A stretch of DNA of 32,000 nt from Caedibacter taeniospiralis (GCF_002803295.2 NZ_PGGB02000014.1:2551-34550); one strand, 5' to 3'. Shown: positions 5,949 to 16,669, counted from the first letter of the stretch. Notes: generated by a model from the letters alone, not told the origin. A program made the numbers and translations.

Positions 5949-7757
5949 ATGAAAACAAGTCTAATAAAAAACAAAAGTGCCTGGATTGTATTTGCCTATG
6001 ATGTATGTTCGGCACTGCTTTCGTGGGCTATCGTGCATGCACTTATTTGGGGTAGGATAAGCGGTTTTGCTTTTAGTCAGTTTATCTTTGTGGCGATTGC
6101 TTTTACCATATCCACGAAACTATTTAGAACCTATGCCTCGCTATGGAAGACTGTTTCAGCTGAGGATCTAAAAAGGAATATTTACTCGGTTATTCTTGGG
6201 GCAGCCGTTTTTTTTGCCTTAGAGTTTATTGCTAATAGAATGGCTTATGTTGCACGTTCTGAGGTTGTTTTCTACCCTGCTGTGACATTGCTCATTACGC
6301 TGGCAGGACGATTTTTTTATCGGCAATACTTGCTGGGCTTAAGAAAAAGAAATGCAAAAAAAATGATTATCATTGGAGGTGGTGATGGTGCCAGCCTGTT
6401 TTTGCGCGAAAATGATGCCCTAAATAGACCTTATAATATCCTAGGTATATTCGATGATAACAAGGAATTGCAAGGTAAGTTACTTCGCAATAATACGATT
6501 GTGGGACCCATTGATTTTTTAGTGAAGGAGAGTTTTTTATCTAAATATCCAGCAGATGAAATCTTAATTGCGATTCCTTCACTGGATAAAATTAAACTGC
6601 AAGAGATATATCAGAAAGTGGCGAAACTTGGTCTGCCTATCAAAATACTCCCATCATTAATGGAATTAACGCATGGTGCAAAATTCATGGATCTTAAAGA
6701 AGTTAAGATTGAAGATCTTTTGGGGCGTGATCAAGTTATTATCAATTCTGAAAAGTTAGCCAAAGCCTACTTGGAAAAAACCATATTAGTAACGGGAGGT
6801 GCTGGATCCATTGGTTCAGAAATATGTCGGCAACTATTAGCAAAATCCCCCCCTAAAGTGTTGATTATTTTAGATCATAGCGAATACAATCTCTATTTGA
6901 TCGAGAGGGAGCTAAGCTTAATTTCCCATCAGACAAAGCTTAAATTTAGTTTAACCAGTGTTACGGACCAGCGCGGACTATCTCATCTGTTTCAGTCAAA
7001 TAAGATTGACGTTATTTTTCATGCAGCAGCTTATAAGCATGTGCCATTGCTGGAAGACCAACCCAAAATGGCGATTCAAAACAATATCATTGGAACGAAA
7101 AATATGGTTGATTTGAGTTTGCAGCACAAAGTAGAACGGTTCCTTCTGGTTTCAACGGATAAAGCGGTTAATCCTACTAATGTTATGGGAGCAACAAAGC
7201 GAATTGCTGAGTTATATGTCAATGCACAAAAAAATGAGCATACTAAGTTTATGGTGACTCGTTTTGGCAATGTTCTGGGATCGGCAGGAAGTGTCGTGCC
7301 CCTTTTTAAAGAACAGCTAAAGAAAGGAGGTCCCATTACCGTAACCCACAAGGATATTGAGCGCTATTTTATGACTATTCCTGAAGCCTCTTTGCTGGTT
7401 GTTTTATCATGTGCTATTGGCGTAGGGGGTGAAACTTTTGTTCTGGAAATGGGGCAAGCTGTTAAAATAGTTGAGCTTGCTGAGCAGATGATAAAGTTAT
7501 CAGGTAAAAAGCCGTATGTGGATATTGATATTCAGTTCACAGGCTTAAGACCTGGTGAGAAAATGTACGAAGAACTTTTTTACTCAAAAGAGGAATTAAG
7601 AGCTTCGGGATTTGACAAGTTATTAATTGGTCAATCCACACATTTAGAGTGTGAGAAAATGGACGAGGTCCTTAGGGTTCTTCTTGCAGATGAAAATAAA
7701 GAAGGTTTAATGAAGGTTATTGAATCTTTGAATAAATGTGAATTAATTGCAACGTAA
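5949..7757 (+). CDS. capD: membrane-anchored polysaccharide biosynthesis protein, CapD/WbpM/PglF-type UDP-sugar 4,6-dehydratase
   Basis: 602 aa. N-terminal TM segments, two Rossmann motifs (IIGGGDGA; VTGGAGSIGSE) and the SDR catalytic region AAAYKHVP. It starts only 13 nt after the preceding gene. Confidence 0.85.
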   Translation: MKTSLIKNKSAWIVFAYDVCSALLSWAIVHALIWGRISGFAFSQFIFVAIAFTISTKLFRTYASLWKTVSAEDLKRNIYSVILGAAVFFALEFIANRMAYVARSEVVFYPAVTLLITLAGRFFYRQYLLGLRKRNAKKMIIIGGGDGASLFLRENDALNRPYNILGIFDDNKELQGKLLRNNTIVGPIDFLVKESFLSKYPADEILIAIPSLDKIKLQEIYQKVAKLGLPIKILPSLMELTHGAKFMDLKEVKIEDLLGRDQVIINSEKLAKAYLEKTILVTGGAGSIGSEICRQLLAKSPPKVLIILDHSEYNLYLIERELSLISHQTKLKFSLTSVTDQRGLSHLFQSNKIDVIFHAAAYKHVPLLEDQPKMAIQNNIIGTKNMVDLSLQHKVERFLLVSTDKAVNPTNVMGATKRIAELYVNAQKNEHTKFMVTRFGNVLGSAGSVVPLFKEQLKKGGPITVTHKDIERYFMTIPEASLLVVLSCAIGVGGETFVLEMGQAVKIVELAEQMIKLSGKKPYVDIDIQFTGLRPGEKMYEELFYSKEELRASGFDKLLIGQSTHLECEKMDEVLRVLLADENKEGLMKVIESLNKCELIAT

Positions 7758-7780
7758 ATTAGTGGATAGTACATTTGCTA

Positions 7781-7804
7781 AAACAATGAAACTATTCATT
7801 GTTT
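7781..7804 (+). terminator. candidate rho-independent terminator after capD
   Basis: Perfect 10-bp stem AAACAATGAA / TTCATTGTTT with the 4-nt loop ACTA, followed by CTT. The stem is AT-rich, so the call is weak. Confidence 0.35.
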
Positions 7805-7953
7805 CTTAACGCATTCGCTATTGTCAAAATTCAATCCTTCAAAATCAGCCGAAATTCAGTGCCAGAAAGTCTGCAAAAGGATTTACAATGGGTATAAAAT
7901 GACTTTTTTAAGATAAACTCCCAAAATCAAACGATCAAAGGAAACTTATATTC

Positions 7954-8550
7954 ATGAAACAAATCGTTTTTGCCTCTAGCAACAAGGGGAAAATCAAAGA
8001 AGTCAGTGAGATCCTCGCCCCTCTGGGTTTTGAAGTGATCCCGCAAACTGAATTTAGGGTGCCTGATGCGGATGAAACAGGATTAAGCTTTATTGAAAAT
8101 GCCATTTTAAAGGCGCGCCACTGTTCGCATTTTACCAAATTACCTGCACTTGCGGACGACTCTGGTTTGTGTGTTGACGCTTTAAATGGAGCTCCTGGCA
8201 TCTATTCTGCACGCTTCTCGGGTGAGCATGGTAATGATGAATCAAACATAGACAAACTGCTGAATGAAATGCAAGGTATTGCAGAAGCTGAACGTCAGGC
8301 GCACTTCCAATGTGTACTTGCTTTGGTCATGCACGAATATGATCCTATGCCCATCATCGCTGAGGGACGCGTCGATGGCAATATTACCCATGAGCGCCAA
8401 GGCAAGAATGGCTTTGGCTATAACCCTGTTTTTCTACTGCCCGAATATAATCTGACCATGGCGGAAGTGGATAATAACATTAAGAATACTATCAGCCATA
8501 GAGCGCGTGCCTTAGATAAATTAAAAGCGAGGCTTCTTAGTCACCTGTGA
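7954..8550 (+). CDS. rdgB: dITP/XTP pyrophosphatase (RdgB/HAM1 family)
   Basis: [14 protein letters not shown]...[17 protein letters not shown]...[22 protein letters not shown]...GFGYNPVF...SHRARAL. Confidence 0.9.
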   Translation: MKQIVFASSNKGKIKEVSEILAPLGFEVIPQTEFRVPDADETGLSFIENAILKARHCSHFTKLPALADDSGLCVDALNGAPGIYSARFSGEHGNDESNIDKLLNEMQGIAEAERQAHFQCVLALVMHEYDPMPIIAEGRVDGNITHERQGKNGFGYNPVFLLPEYNLTMAEVDNNIKNTISHRARALDKLKARLLSHL

Positions 8551-8747
8551 AAAATGGACTTTGACAAAATCACTGCCGACTGTTATTTGAATAAGTACAA
8601 GGGGGTATGCAATACGCCCCCCACAATACGTTATTATGGACGAAGGTATTGTCCAATACCGAAAAATGCGTGCACTTAGGAGTGATTTTACACGTCTTTT
8701 CCATTAAACTTGGGCTTTGAAAAACAAAACAGTAAGCGATATTCATC

Positions 8748-9065
8748 ATGAACGACGAGCAAGACAAAGATGATCTAACCCCAAAAACAAATGAATCCGC
8801 AGCACAACAAGAAACTTTCTTTGAGTTTCCATGCCAATTCCCCATTAAGATTATGGCTAATCCACAAAAAGAGGTGATTGAGTTTGTATTAAACACTTTA
8901 GAGAAATATATTGAAAATCCGGAAGCGATCAAATTCACCACCCGTGAAAGCAAAACAGGCAAGTATATTTCGATTACCGCCATCTTTGAGGCAACCAGTA
9001 AGGAACAGCTTGATAGTATTTATCAAGCGCTTAGTTCTCATCCAGAAATTCATATGGTTTTATAG
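8748..9065 (+). CDS. ybeD: YbeD/DUF493 family protein
   Basis: [13 protein letters not shown]...[35 protein letters not shown] parallels E. coli YbeD. It sits in the conserved position immediately upstream of lipB. Confidence 0.8.
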   Translation: MNDEQDKDDLTPKTNESAAQQETFFEFPCQFPIKIMANPQKEVIEFVLNTLEKYIENPEAIKFTTRESKTGKYISITAIFEATSKEQLDSIYQALSSHPEIHMVL

Positions 9066-9067
9066 CA

Positions 9068-9688
9068 ATGACCATCAAAACGAAATACCTGGGGCTTGCT
9101 GAATATAATCAAGTTTATCAGTCAATGGTTGAGTTTACGGATGGGCGAGATGAGCTTACTGGTGATGAAATCTGGCTTGTGGAACATCCTGCTGTTTTCA
9201 CTCAAGGTCGCCATGGCAAGGCTGAACACATTATCAATCCGCAAGAGGTTCCTGTTGTTCAGAGCGATCGTGGCGGGCAAGTCACTTATCACGGACCAGG
9301 GCAGGCGGTTATTTACTTTTTATTTGATTTAAAACGTTTAAATATCGGCATTAAGAACTTTGTTTGCCTAGTAGAAAGAAGTTGTATACGTCTTCTCAAA
9401 CAATATGACATCGAAAGTCATACCATTGCCAAAGCCCCTGGAATTTATGTTGATCACGCAAAAATTGCTTCGCTGGGTCTTCGTGTCAAAAAGGGGCTAA
9501 CCTATCACGGTATTGCGATCAACACCCGTATGGATCTCACGCCGTTTAGCTATATCAATCCATGTGGTTATCAACATTTGAAGATGACGCAAATACACGC
9601 ACACAACCCTATGATTGACGTTTATAAAGTCCTAACTGAGTATGCACAAATCATTTGTGAAAACTTAGATAGGCCTATTTTCAGTTAG
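9068..9688 (+). CDS. lipB: octanoyltransferase LipB
   Basis: [19 protein letters not shown]...[18 protein letters not shown]...[21 protein letters not shown]. Starts 2 nt after the ybeD stop. Confidence 0.9.
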   Translation: MTIKTKYLGLAEYNQVYQSMVEFTDGRDELTGDEIWLVEHPAVFTQGRHGKAEHIINPQEVPVVQSDRGGQVTYHGPGQAVIYFLFDLKRLNIGIKNFVCLVERSCIRLLKQYDIESHTIAKAPGIYVDHAKIASLGLRVKKGLTYHGIAINTRMDLTPFSYINPCGYQHLKMTQIHAHNPMIDVYKVLTEYAQIICENLDRPIFS

Positions 9689-9743
9689 ACCGTTATCCTG
9701 ATTCTTGTCATAATAAGGCAACCATCGATTAATCAGCATTTTT

Positions 9744-11225
9744 ATGCAATTAAAACCACGTAAATTATTATTAAATACAAAACAGCCTTTTGGGCTATGG
9801 TTTTTACTACTAGCCTCACTGCTGTATAGTGTGGGAACCACAGCGATCGCCGTAAACTTCTCTGGCTATCTTCACGGCATTGCTGATGACTCACAAGAGG
9901 GTTTAACCACTCAAATTCTTGCAACTAATTTCAATCTGCTTACCAACTTGTTTTTATACAGTGCCGCGGGACTGATTGGCGGTATTTTAGGCTATATGAT
10001 TGGACATAGACGTTCTGTGACCATCGGGATGCTATACTCTGCTGTTGCTTTAATTCTATTATCGTTTAATAACTTATCGTTAATTGGTTTTGCTGCCTAT
10101 GTGATTGGTGTTGGACTGGTTATCCCTAATTTATTCACTACCTTGAGTTTTCTCTATACACAAGACGATCCAAGGCGCCACGCAGGATTTACTTTGATGT
10201 ATATGACAACGGTTTTAGGCGCGGCTTTGTCTTTATCCATTGGTGCTAGCCTAAGCACACTTAGCTACCAGGCATGGTTTATTACAATGGCTATTGTGAG
10301 TCTTATCGCGGCACTTGTTTTTCTCTACGCAGGGATTTACTTAAGCCATAATACGGGCTTAATCGATGGCATCGAGCCAAAGTATACCCCATCTACGTAT
10401 AGCGTGCTATTTGTGCTTATTGTGCTTTCTTCAGTAACTGATTATCTACTGCAATATCAATCCATCCTGCAAATACTCATTCTCACCTTGGGTGTGCTTG
10501 CCTTCGTCGTGATGCTGATATACTCCTATTTAGAAAAAGATGACGCTCAACGTAGGCGTAACCGTGTTCTATTAACCTTGCTGGCTTTGAGCTTTTTTTC
10601 CTGGTTTGCCGATAAAAATATCATCACGATTTTTCTGAACTACCTAAACCTGTTTAACCGAAATTATGGCTTCTTTAGTGCTAAAAGCTTATCTGCGGAT
10701 TTCTTTTTTGAAGCAAATATTGCGTTGGTGCTTATCATCGGTTTGATCTCAGCATTTCTTTGGAATAAGAACAAACACACTCAACACATGAAAAGGCTTA
10801 TTCGCCTATTCAGTCTTGCTATTTTGCTCACCTCGATCTCTTGTGCTCTTCTGTTTTTTAGCTTCTTGACGCAATCCTTAAGTCATTTTGCCACGACGGG
10901 GAATTATTTACTGATCATCACCTTAACGCTTAACTCCATTGCCAAAGTTCTGCTATTGCCGCTTTATTACGCCATTGTTGGTAAGCTGTCACCCCGAAAA
11001 TATGAATCGATCGTGATGGGATTTTTCTTCATCATCAATGCCGCCATTGGGGTGATCGTTTTTTCTTTAAATGCCAAAATATTGCGTCCACAAGCACTTA
11101 TTGATACCTATAGCTCCCTATCATATCTCTACGGCTGCTTACTTATTCTTGGATTAGGATGCGCTTTGATTGCTTACTTGCTGGCGAAATTCATGCGTTA
11201 CAATAAAAAAAGTGACCAAATTTAA
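9744..11225 (+). CDS. polytopic MFS-type membrane transporter, POT/PTR2-like N-terminus, substrate unknown
   Basis: 493 aa with about 12-14 hydrophobic segments. The N-terminus QPFGLWFLLLASLLYSVGTTAIAVNFSGYL parallels POT TM1, but no ExxER(F/Y)xYYG signature is evident. Confidence 0.55.
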   Translation: MQLKPRKLLLNTKQPFGLWFLLLASLLYSVGTTAIAVNFSGYLHGIADDSQEGLTTQILATNFNLLTNLFLYSAAGLIGGILGYMIGHRRSVTIGMLYSAVALILLSFNNLSLIGFAAYVIGVGLVIPNLFTTLSFLYTQDDPRRHAGFTLMYMTTVLGAALSLSIGASLSTLSYQAWFITMAIVSLIAALVFLYAGIYLSHNTGLIDGIEPKYTPSTYSVLFVLIVLSSVTDYLLQYQSILQILILTLGVLAFVVMLIYSYLEKDDAQRRRNRVLLTLLALSFFSWFADKNIITIFLNYLNLFNRNYGFFSAKSLSADFFFEANIALVLIIGLISAFLWNKNKHTQHMKRLIRLFSLAILLTSISCALLFFSFLTQSLSHFATTGNYLLIITLTLNSIAKVLLLPLYYAIVGKLSPRKYESIVMGFFFIINAAIGVIVFSLNAKILRPQALIDTYSSLSYLYGCLLILGLGCALIAYLLAKFMRYNKKSDQI

Positions 11226-11380
11226 GTCATTAACTATTGTTTTTTAAGCGCTGTTCCCATCACCGTCTTGTCATATTGTTGTACAGACACTCCTCGCATA
11301 ATCTTGTCCAAAAGCTCTTCAGAGAACCCGGGCAATATAATTCAAATGAAAAAATCATCGTGTACAGAGAATGGTAATAC

Positions 11381-12691
11381 TTAATGCTTACCTTTTTGCA
11401 AATTCACCCACTCGGCAATCGCATAAATCGGGGTGCCTAAGAAAAACAAAATCATGCCATAGTAGACAACTTCTTGCCCAGAGCCGAGTATTGTCCAGAA
11501 TGAATACGCACAAGCTAAAACGGCAATGATAATACCCGCCTGCCAGAATGGGCTGTTTTTATCCTGCTGCTTGATGACGAGAATACATGAGATTGTTGTA
11601 TAAAAATAGGGAATAAGGGCTGCCAGTACTGCCATGAGAATAATCAGTTCAAACTGCGCAACGAGATCTCGTGAGGTTGTCAATAATAATAGAATTGTCA
11701 TGAGCACAGCTCCCAGAATGAGTCCAAACACAGGGGAGCCAAGCTTGTTCTCCTGGGCAAAAATTTTTGGGAAAAGCTGGGTCTCTGCCATCGCTTTTGA
11801 AACCGCAGCACTAACCATAACCCAACCATTTAGCGTTCCAAGACAAGCAATTACCGCCGCAACAGCAATGATAATTGCCCCATTCTTGCCAATCATTTCC
11901 TGCGCTGCCAGAGCAAATGGGGCGTTGGAGTTTTCTAAGCTTGCTGCTGGAAGCATGCCCATAATCACTGCTGAGCTTGCAATATAAATAAAGGCTGCAA
12001 TTAAAGTTCCCGTTAAGGTTGCAAGCGGAATGGTTTTTTGCGGATTTTTGACCTTGCTGACGGAAACCGTTGCGGCTTCAAGACCTATGAATGCCCATAA
12101 TGTTAAAGAAGCGGCTGCACTAAGTGCATGCAGATTGGATGATCCAGAATGGTTAAAATCAAGATAATATTGTGGCTCTATGTACCATATTCCTGCAACG
12201 ATGATAAACAGAAGAGGAATGCTCTTTCCGATCATGGACAACATCTGTAACCAGCCAACACTTCGGACTCCGAGCATATTGAAGAAGGTTAATAGCCAGA
12301 TAATGCCAATGGCAGCGATTGAAGTGAGGGTTTTATCTTCCAGAATCGGGAAGAAAAAGCTTAAATAGCCAACCATTGCCAAGGCAATGGCGCAATTTCC
12401 GACCCAAAGTGAAACCCAATAACCAAAACCGCTTTGGAAGCCCATAAACTTACCCATGCCCACTCGAACATAGATATAAGGACCACCATCCATTTTGGGC
12501 ACAAGACGAGTGAAATGACTAAACACTAGCGCCAGAAGGATCGACCCTATTGCCGTAAAAATCCACGCCAAAATACTGATGGAGCCAAATTTTGCCAAAC
12601 CTGAAGGCAATAAAAAGATTCCTGATCCCACCATATTTCCAGACACCAGTGCAACGAGCATCCAGAAGCTCATATATTTTTTTTCCTGCAT
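11381..12691 (-). CDS. APC-superfamily amino acid permease (basic amino acid/polyamine antiporter-like)
   Basis: WMLVALVSGNMVGSGIFLLPSGLAKFGSISILAW is the typical APA/APC N-terminal signature. 12 predicted TM segments. The start may instead be Met-7 at 12673. Confidence 0.85.
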   Translation of the reverse strand: MQEKKYMSFWMLVALVSGNMVGSGIFLLPSGLAKFGSISILAWIFTAIGSILLALVFSHFTRLVPKMDGGPYIYVRVGMGKFMGFQSGFGYWVSLWVGNCAIALAMVGYLSFFFPILEDKTLTSIAAIGIIWLLTFFNMLGVRSVGWLQMLSMIGKSIPLLFIIVAGIWYIEPQYYLDFNHSGSSNLHALSAAASLTLWAFIGLEAATVSVSKVKNPQKTIPLATLTGTLIAAFIYIASSAVIMGMLPAASLENSNAPFALAAQEMIGKNGAIIIAVAAVIACLGTLNGWVMVSAAVSKAMAETQLFPKIFAQENKLGSPVFGLILGAVLMTILLLLTTSRDLVAQFELIILMAVLAALIPYFYTTISCILVIKQQDKNSPFWQAGIIIAVLACAYSFWTILGSGQEVVYYGMILFFLGTPIYAIAEWVNLQKGKH

Positions 12692-12737
12692 AACCTTTCA
12701 ACTTCCCAATGATATTGTGGGCTTGTGCAAATAATTC

Positions 12738-12789
12738 GCCCAAGCGTGTCGGTGTGAGTAATCAGTGTCACACTGCAACTCACACTTAG
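12738..12789. repeat. REP-like palindromic intergenic repeat, copy 2
   Basis: GCCCAAGCGTGTCGGTGTGAGTAATCAGTGTCACACTGCAACTCACACTTAG, same orientation as copy 1. It has the inner palindrome CAGTGT-C-ACACTG. It lies between the rplT terminator and the permease start. Confidence 0.55.
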
Positions 12790-12823
12790 TAATGGGCGGG
12801 GAACCCTGTCAAAATCACCAAGC

Positions 12824-12857
12824 ATAAAAAAGGGCGTACTTTCAAAAAGTACACCCC
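12824..12857 (-). terminator. rho-independent terminator of the thrS-infC-rpmI-rplT operon
   Basis: Minus strand reads GGGGTGTACTTT-ttg-AAAGTACGCCC followed by TTTTTTAT, 27 nt downstream of the rplT stop. Confidence 0.6.
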
Positions 12858-12883
12858 TTAAATTCACTCAGTAACAGCTATCA

Positions 12884-13243
12884 CTAGGCAGCTAAGGCTT
12901 GTTTGGCTTTTTCAACTAATTGCGCAAACGCATCTTTGTTGAATACCGCTAACTCAGCCAATACTTTACGATCAAGCTCAATGTTTGCTTTCTTTAAGCC
13001 ATTGATAAATTGGCTGTAGCTTAAATCATGCTGACGTGCGGCTGCATTAATACGCACAATCCAAAGCGCTCTGAATTGTCTTTTTCTTTGCTTGCGATCA
13101 CGATAAGCATACTGCCCCGCTTTGATCACGGCCTGTTTAGCTACGCGATATACACGCGAGCGCGCACCATAATAACCTTTGGCCTGGTTTAAAATCTTTT
13201 TATGACGACGGCGTGCTTGCACACCTCTTTTTACTCTAGGCAT
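12884..13243 (-). CDS. rplT: 50S ribosomal protein L20
   Basis: [62 protein letters not shown]. Confidence 0.95.
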   Translation of the reverse strand: MPRVKRGVQARRRHKKILNQAKGYYGARSRVYRVAKQAVIKAGQYAYRDRKQRKRQFRALWIVRINAAARQHDLSYSQFINGLKKANIELDRKVLAELAVFNKDAFAQLVEKAKQALAA

Positions 13244-13275
13244 AATCTACTCCACTTTAAAAAATTATTAACACT

Positions 13276-13473
13276 TTATGCGTACGGCATTTGCTGAAGC
13301 AAACTTGGCACGTCTACTTTGGCGACTTGAGACATCCCACGCAAGTGGCGCTTACGCTTGGTTGTCATCTTCGTGTTAATGTGAGCACGGTTAGCTGAGC
13401 GATGTTTGAAACCACCCTTACCCGTTCTTTTAAAGCGCTTAGCAGCACCTCGGTTTGTTTTTATTTTTGGCAT
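13276..13473 (-). CDS. rpmI: 50S ribosomal protein L35
   Basis: [45 protein letters not shown]. Confidence 0.95.
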   Translation of the reverse strand: MPKIKTNRGAAKRFKRTGKGGFKHRSANRAHINTKMTTKRKRHLRGMSQVAKVDVPSLLQQMPYA

Positions 13474-13530
13474 AATATACTCCGCATTTTACCATTTTTA
13501 TGACACGACCAAGCTTGCACTTGTCACGTG

Positions 13531-14052
13531 CTATTTTTTCTTAGGTCCTAAAACCATAACCATCTGGCGACCTTCCATTTTCGGTCGGTGCTCAACCACG
13601 CCGTAAGACTCCAGATCCGCTTCCAATCGCTTCAGCATTTCGACGCCTAGCTCCTGGTGCGCCATCTCGCGCCCTCTAAAACGAACGGTGATCTTGACTT
13701 TATCGCCACCTTCAAGAAACTTTATCAGGTTGCGTAGTTTTACCTGATAGTCCCCAACATCAGTACCAGGTCGAATTTTAATTTCTTTAACCTGCATCTG
13801 CTTTTGCTTTTTTTTCGCAGCGGCTTTTTTCTTGCCTTGTTCAAACAAGAATTTACCATAATCCATGATACGGCACACAGGAGGGGCTGCTTGTGAAGCA
13901 ATCTCAACCAGATCCATGCCATGTTCTTCTGCTTTTGCTAGTGCCTCTCTAGTGGAAACGACACCAATCTGCTCTCCTTCAGGTCCGACCAGACGAACCT
14001 CTTTCGCCTTAATACTCTCGTTAATTGGCGTTTTTTGGTCTGCTTTGTTAAT
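13531..14052 (-). CDS. infC: translation initiation factor IF-3, initiating at a non-canonical ATT codon
   Basis: The track ORF starts at an internal Met (13917). In-frame extension gives [51 protein letters not shown]. An ATT codon at 14050-14052 lies 8 nt after AGGAG. This gives a 173-aa product typical of IF-3. The start is 22 nt downstream of the thrS stop. Confidence 0.9.
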   Translation of the reverse strand: MNKADQKTPINESIKAKEVRLVGPEGEQIGVVSTREALAKAEEHGMDLVEIASQAAPPVCRIMDYGKFLFEQGKKKAAAKKKQKQMQVKEIKIRPGTDVGDYQVKLRNLIKFLEGGDKVKITVRFRGREMAHQELGVEMLKRLEADLESYGVVEHRPKMEGRQMVMVLGPKKK

Positions 14053-14074
14053 AACTCAAACTCCTAATTTAGGT

Positions 14075-15985
14075 TCACTCGACCTTTTTCTCAATTTCTG
14101 CCAACAAAAGTTCAGTAAGCGCATCAATATTTAACGCGCCTAGATCGGTACCATCTTGCTTTCTGACGGTGATTTGACCTAAAGACTGCTCTTTTTCTCC
14201 AGCAATTACGATAAATGGCACTCTGGACAAAGTGTGCTCGCGGATTTTAAACCCAATTTTTTCATTTCTCAAGTCAATTTGTGTGCGAACACCAAGTTTT
14301 CTTAAGTTTCGTTCAACTTCTTGCAAATACTGATCCTGTTTATTGCTGATCCCTGTCAGCACAACTTGCACAGGAGCAAGCCATACAGGTAACTTCCCCG
14401 CATAATGCTCAATCAAGATGCCAATAAAACGCTCAAGAGATCCACATATCGCTCGATGCAACATCACGGGATGCTTTTTGCTTCCATCTTCATCAACATA
14501 CTCAGCATTTAAACGAACTGGCATAGAAAAATCTAGCTGTACTGAACCTGTTGTCCATGAACGACTCAAACAGTCTTTGATCTCAAATTCAATTTTAGGT
14601 CCATAAAATGCACCTTCCCCAGGCATAACCTTCCAATCAAGTCCTTTGGCATCAAGCGCGTCAGCAAGGGCTTTTTCTGCCTTTTCCCAAACTTCATCGG
14701 CACCAATTCTTTTTTCAGGACGCGTGGACAGTTTAACAGCAATATCAGTTAAGCCAAATCTGGTATAGACTTCAAAAAGCATGTCAATAAAGTGCATGAC
14801 TTCGGACTGGATTTGCGATTCCATACAAAAGATGTGAGCATCGTCTTGAACGAAGTTCCTTGTGCGCATAATGCCATGCAATGCTCCAGATGCCTCGTTT
14901 CGGTGACAAGAACCAAATTCGGCAAGTCTAAGTGGTAGATTGCGATAGCTGGTAATCCCTTGCCTATAGATCTGCACATGACATGGACAATTCATTGGTT
15001 TTATCGCATATTGGCGATTGTCCACCTCTAAACTATACATGTCTTCATGAAATTTCTCCCAATGCCCTGACTTTTCCCATAAACTGCGATCAACAATTTG
15101 CGGAGTTTTAACCTCTTGGTACCCATATTTAACAAACATAGAACGCATGTACTGTTCAACGGTCTGCCAAATCACCCATCCTTTAGGATGCCAAAATACC
15201 ATTCCAGGGGCTTCTTCCTGCAAATGAAATAGATCCATCGTCTTGCCAATCTTGCGATGATCCCGTTTTTCTGCTTCTTCCAGGCGTGTTAAATAGTCTT
15301 TAAGTTGTTTTTTATCTGCCCAGCAAGTTCCATAAATACGTGTCAACATCTCATTTTTTGAATCACCGCGCCAATAGGCGCCAGCAACACGCATAAGCTT
15401 AAATGCTCTAAGGTGCGAGGTGTTTGGCACATGGGGTCCGCGACATAAATCCGTAAAATCTCCTTGGCTATAAAGACTTAGGGTATCACTCTCTGGTAAA
15501 TCTTTAATGATTTCAGCCTTATAGTTCTCACCGATCGCCTCAAAATAAGTGATTGCATCGACACGAGATTTCACTGAGCGCTCAACCGGCTGAGCTAAAT
15601 TAGCAAGTTCATACATACGCGCTTCAATTTTCTCTAAATCTTCAGGCGTGAACGCGCGCTCATATGAGAAATCATAAAAAAACCCATCTTCAATCACAGG
15701 ACCAATAGTGACTTGCGCCTTTGGATAAAGCTGTTTTACCGCTTGCGCTAGTAAGTGCGCGCAAGAGTGGCGTAAAATTCCCAGACCTTTCGTATCTTTT
15801 GCCGTAATCAGGGTTAGGGTTGTATCGTCATTAATAACAAAACTTGTATCGACGTCCATTCCATTGACCACCCCTGCCAAGGTTGCTTTTGCTAACCCTG
15901 CACCAATATCAAGCGCAACGTTATAAACAGACACAGGTTTATCAAACCCGCGCTTCGACCCATCTGGCAATGTAATTACAGGCAT
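14075..15985 (-). CDS. thrS: threonine--tRNA ligase
   Basis: [38 protein letters not shown]..., editing-domain [11 protein letters not shown], class II motifs ([26 protein letters not shown]). Confidence 0.95.
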   Translation of the reverse strand: MPVITLPDGSKRGFDKPVSVYNVALDIGAGLAKATLAGVVNGMDVDTSFVINDDTTLTLITAKDTKGLGILRHSCAHLLAQAVKQLYPKAQVTIGPVIEDGFFYDFSYERAFTPEDLEKIEARMYELANLAQPVERSVKSRVDAITYFEAIGENYKAEIIKDLPESDTLSLYSQGDFTDLCRGPHVPNTSHLRAFKLMRVAGAYWRGDSKNEMLTRIYGTCWADKKQLKDYLTRLEEAEKRDHRKIGKTMDLFHLQEEAPGMVFWHPKGWVIWQTVEQYMRSMFVKYGYQEVKTPQIVDRSLWEKSGHWEKFHEDMYSLEVDNRQYAIKPMNCPCHVQIYRQGITSYRNLPLRLAEFGSCHRNEASGALHGIMRTRNFVQDDAHIFCMESQIQSEVMHFIDMLFEVYTRFGLTDIAVKLSTRPEKRIGADEVWEKAEKALADALDAKGLDWKVMPGEGAFYGPKIEFEIKDCLSRSWTTGSVQLDFSMPVRLNAEYVDEDGSKKHPVMLHRAICGSLERFIGILIEHYAGKLPVWLAPVQVVLTGISNKQDQYLQEVERNLRKLGVRTQIDLRNEKIGFKIREHTLSRVPFIVIAGEKEQSLGQITVRKQDGTDLGALNIDALTELLLAEIEKKVE

Positions 15986-16497
15986 TTTTTACTCCATTTT
16001 TGTTGTACGTGGTTTTTGGGCTTGCTTTCTTTACAGAAGCATATGTCAGGCTAGCGCAATATTCTCAAGGATTACTATCTTTACTGTCAAGCATTGTGAT
16101 TGACGAAGCTTAAGAAAATAATAGCGAACGGAAGCTATTTGGGATGATTCAACAAGGACTGCGTGAAGACATTCCGCAAGACTGGTATGTCAAAACGGTA
16201 ATCTACTCCCTTAGCAAACAAGGGTATCGAACAAGCGCCAAGTTGATGCTTAAAGAGCTCAACGAGTAAAAAAGATTGTGTAAGCAAAATTAAATATTTG
16301 CACAAACTCGCTTTAGATTTGTTTTTAGAATTCATCAAAAGCACCAATCAAGGTAGTACCGTCATGTTTGTCGGTATTATTCTAACATTAATTATTTGAG
16401 GGTATTTTTGAGGGTATTCAACATTTTTGTTTGCCTTTGAAACGTACCTGTATCTATTGATTCTAAAAGGTTTTGATGGGGAGAATATCTTTGACTA

Positions 16498-16591
16498 TGG
16501 CGGAGAGAGGGGGATTCGAACCCCCGATGGAGTTTTTGGTCCCCATACTCCCTTAGCAGGGGAGCGCCTTCAGCCTCTCGGCCATCTCTCC
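16498..16591 (-). tRNA. tRNA-Ser (anticodon GCT)
   Basis: Minus strand GGAGAGATGGCCGAGAGGCTGAAGGCGCTCCCCTGCTAAGGGAGTATGGGGACCAAAAACTCCATCGGGGGTTCGAATCCCCCTCTCTCCGCCA. It has a 7-bp acceptor stem, anticodon loop CTGCTAA, a long variable arm, a GGGGG/CCCCC T-stem with TTCGAAT loop, and an encoded CCA. It is near-identical in layout to E. coli tRNA-Ser(GCU). Confidence 0.9.
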
Positions 16592-16669
16592 GCGATACCG
16601 CAACAATTTATCGACTTAGCCTTTTGATGTCAAGCGCTTCATTACCATATTTTTCAGGGCAAGCGTGCC

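Noticed and set aside
6208-6363. T8 (6208-6215) and A8 (6356-6363) homopolymers inside capD as possible phase-variation tracts
   Set aside because: Runs of 7-8 A/T occur in several other genes of this AT-rich window (e.g. infC, the AAA-ATPase gene). There is no evidence of length variation from a single sequence.
8570-8983. 137-aa minus-strand ORF antisense to ybeD
   Set aside because: It overlaps the well-supported ybeD CDS and the upstream spacer. It has a Cys/Ser/Phe-rich, low-complexity translation typical of an antisense shadow ORF.
16144-16269. 41-aa plus-strand ORF between thrS and tRNA-Ser
   Set aside because: The translation looks protein-like, but it is too short, has no clear Shine-Dalgarno sequence, and I recognise no family. 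It is kept only as a note within the tRNA-flank finding.
16427-16627. 66-aa ORF on the + strand
   Set aside because: It is entirely the antisense of tRNA-Ser plus flanks, so it is an artefact.
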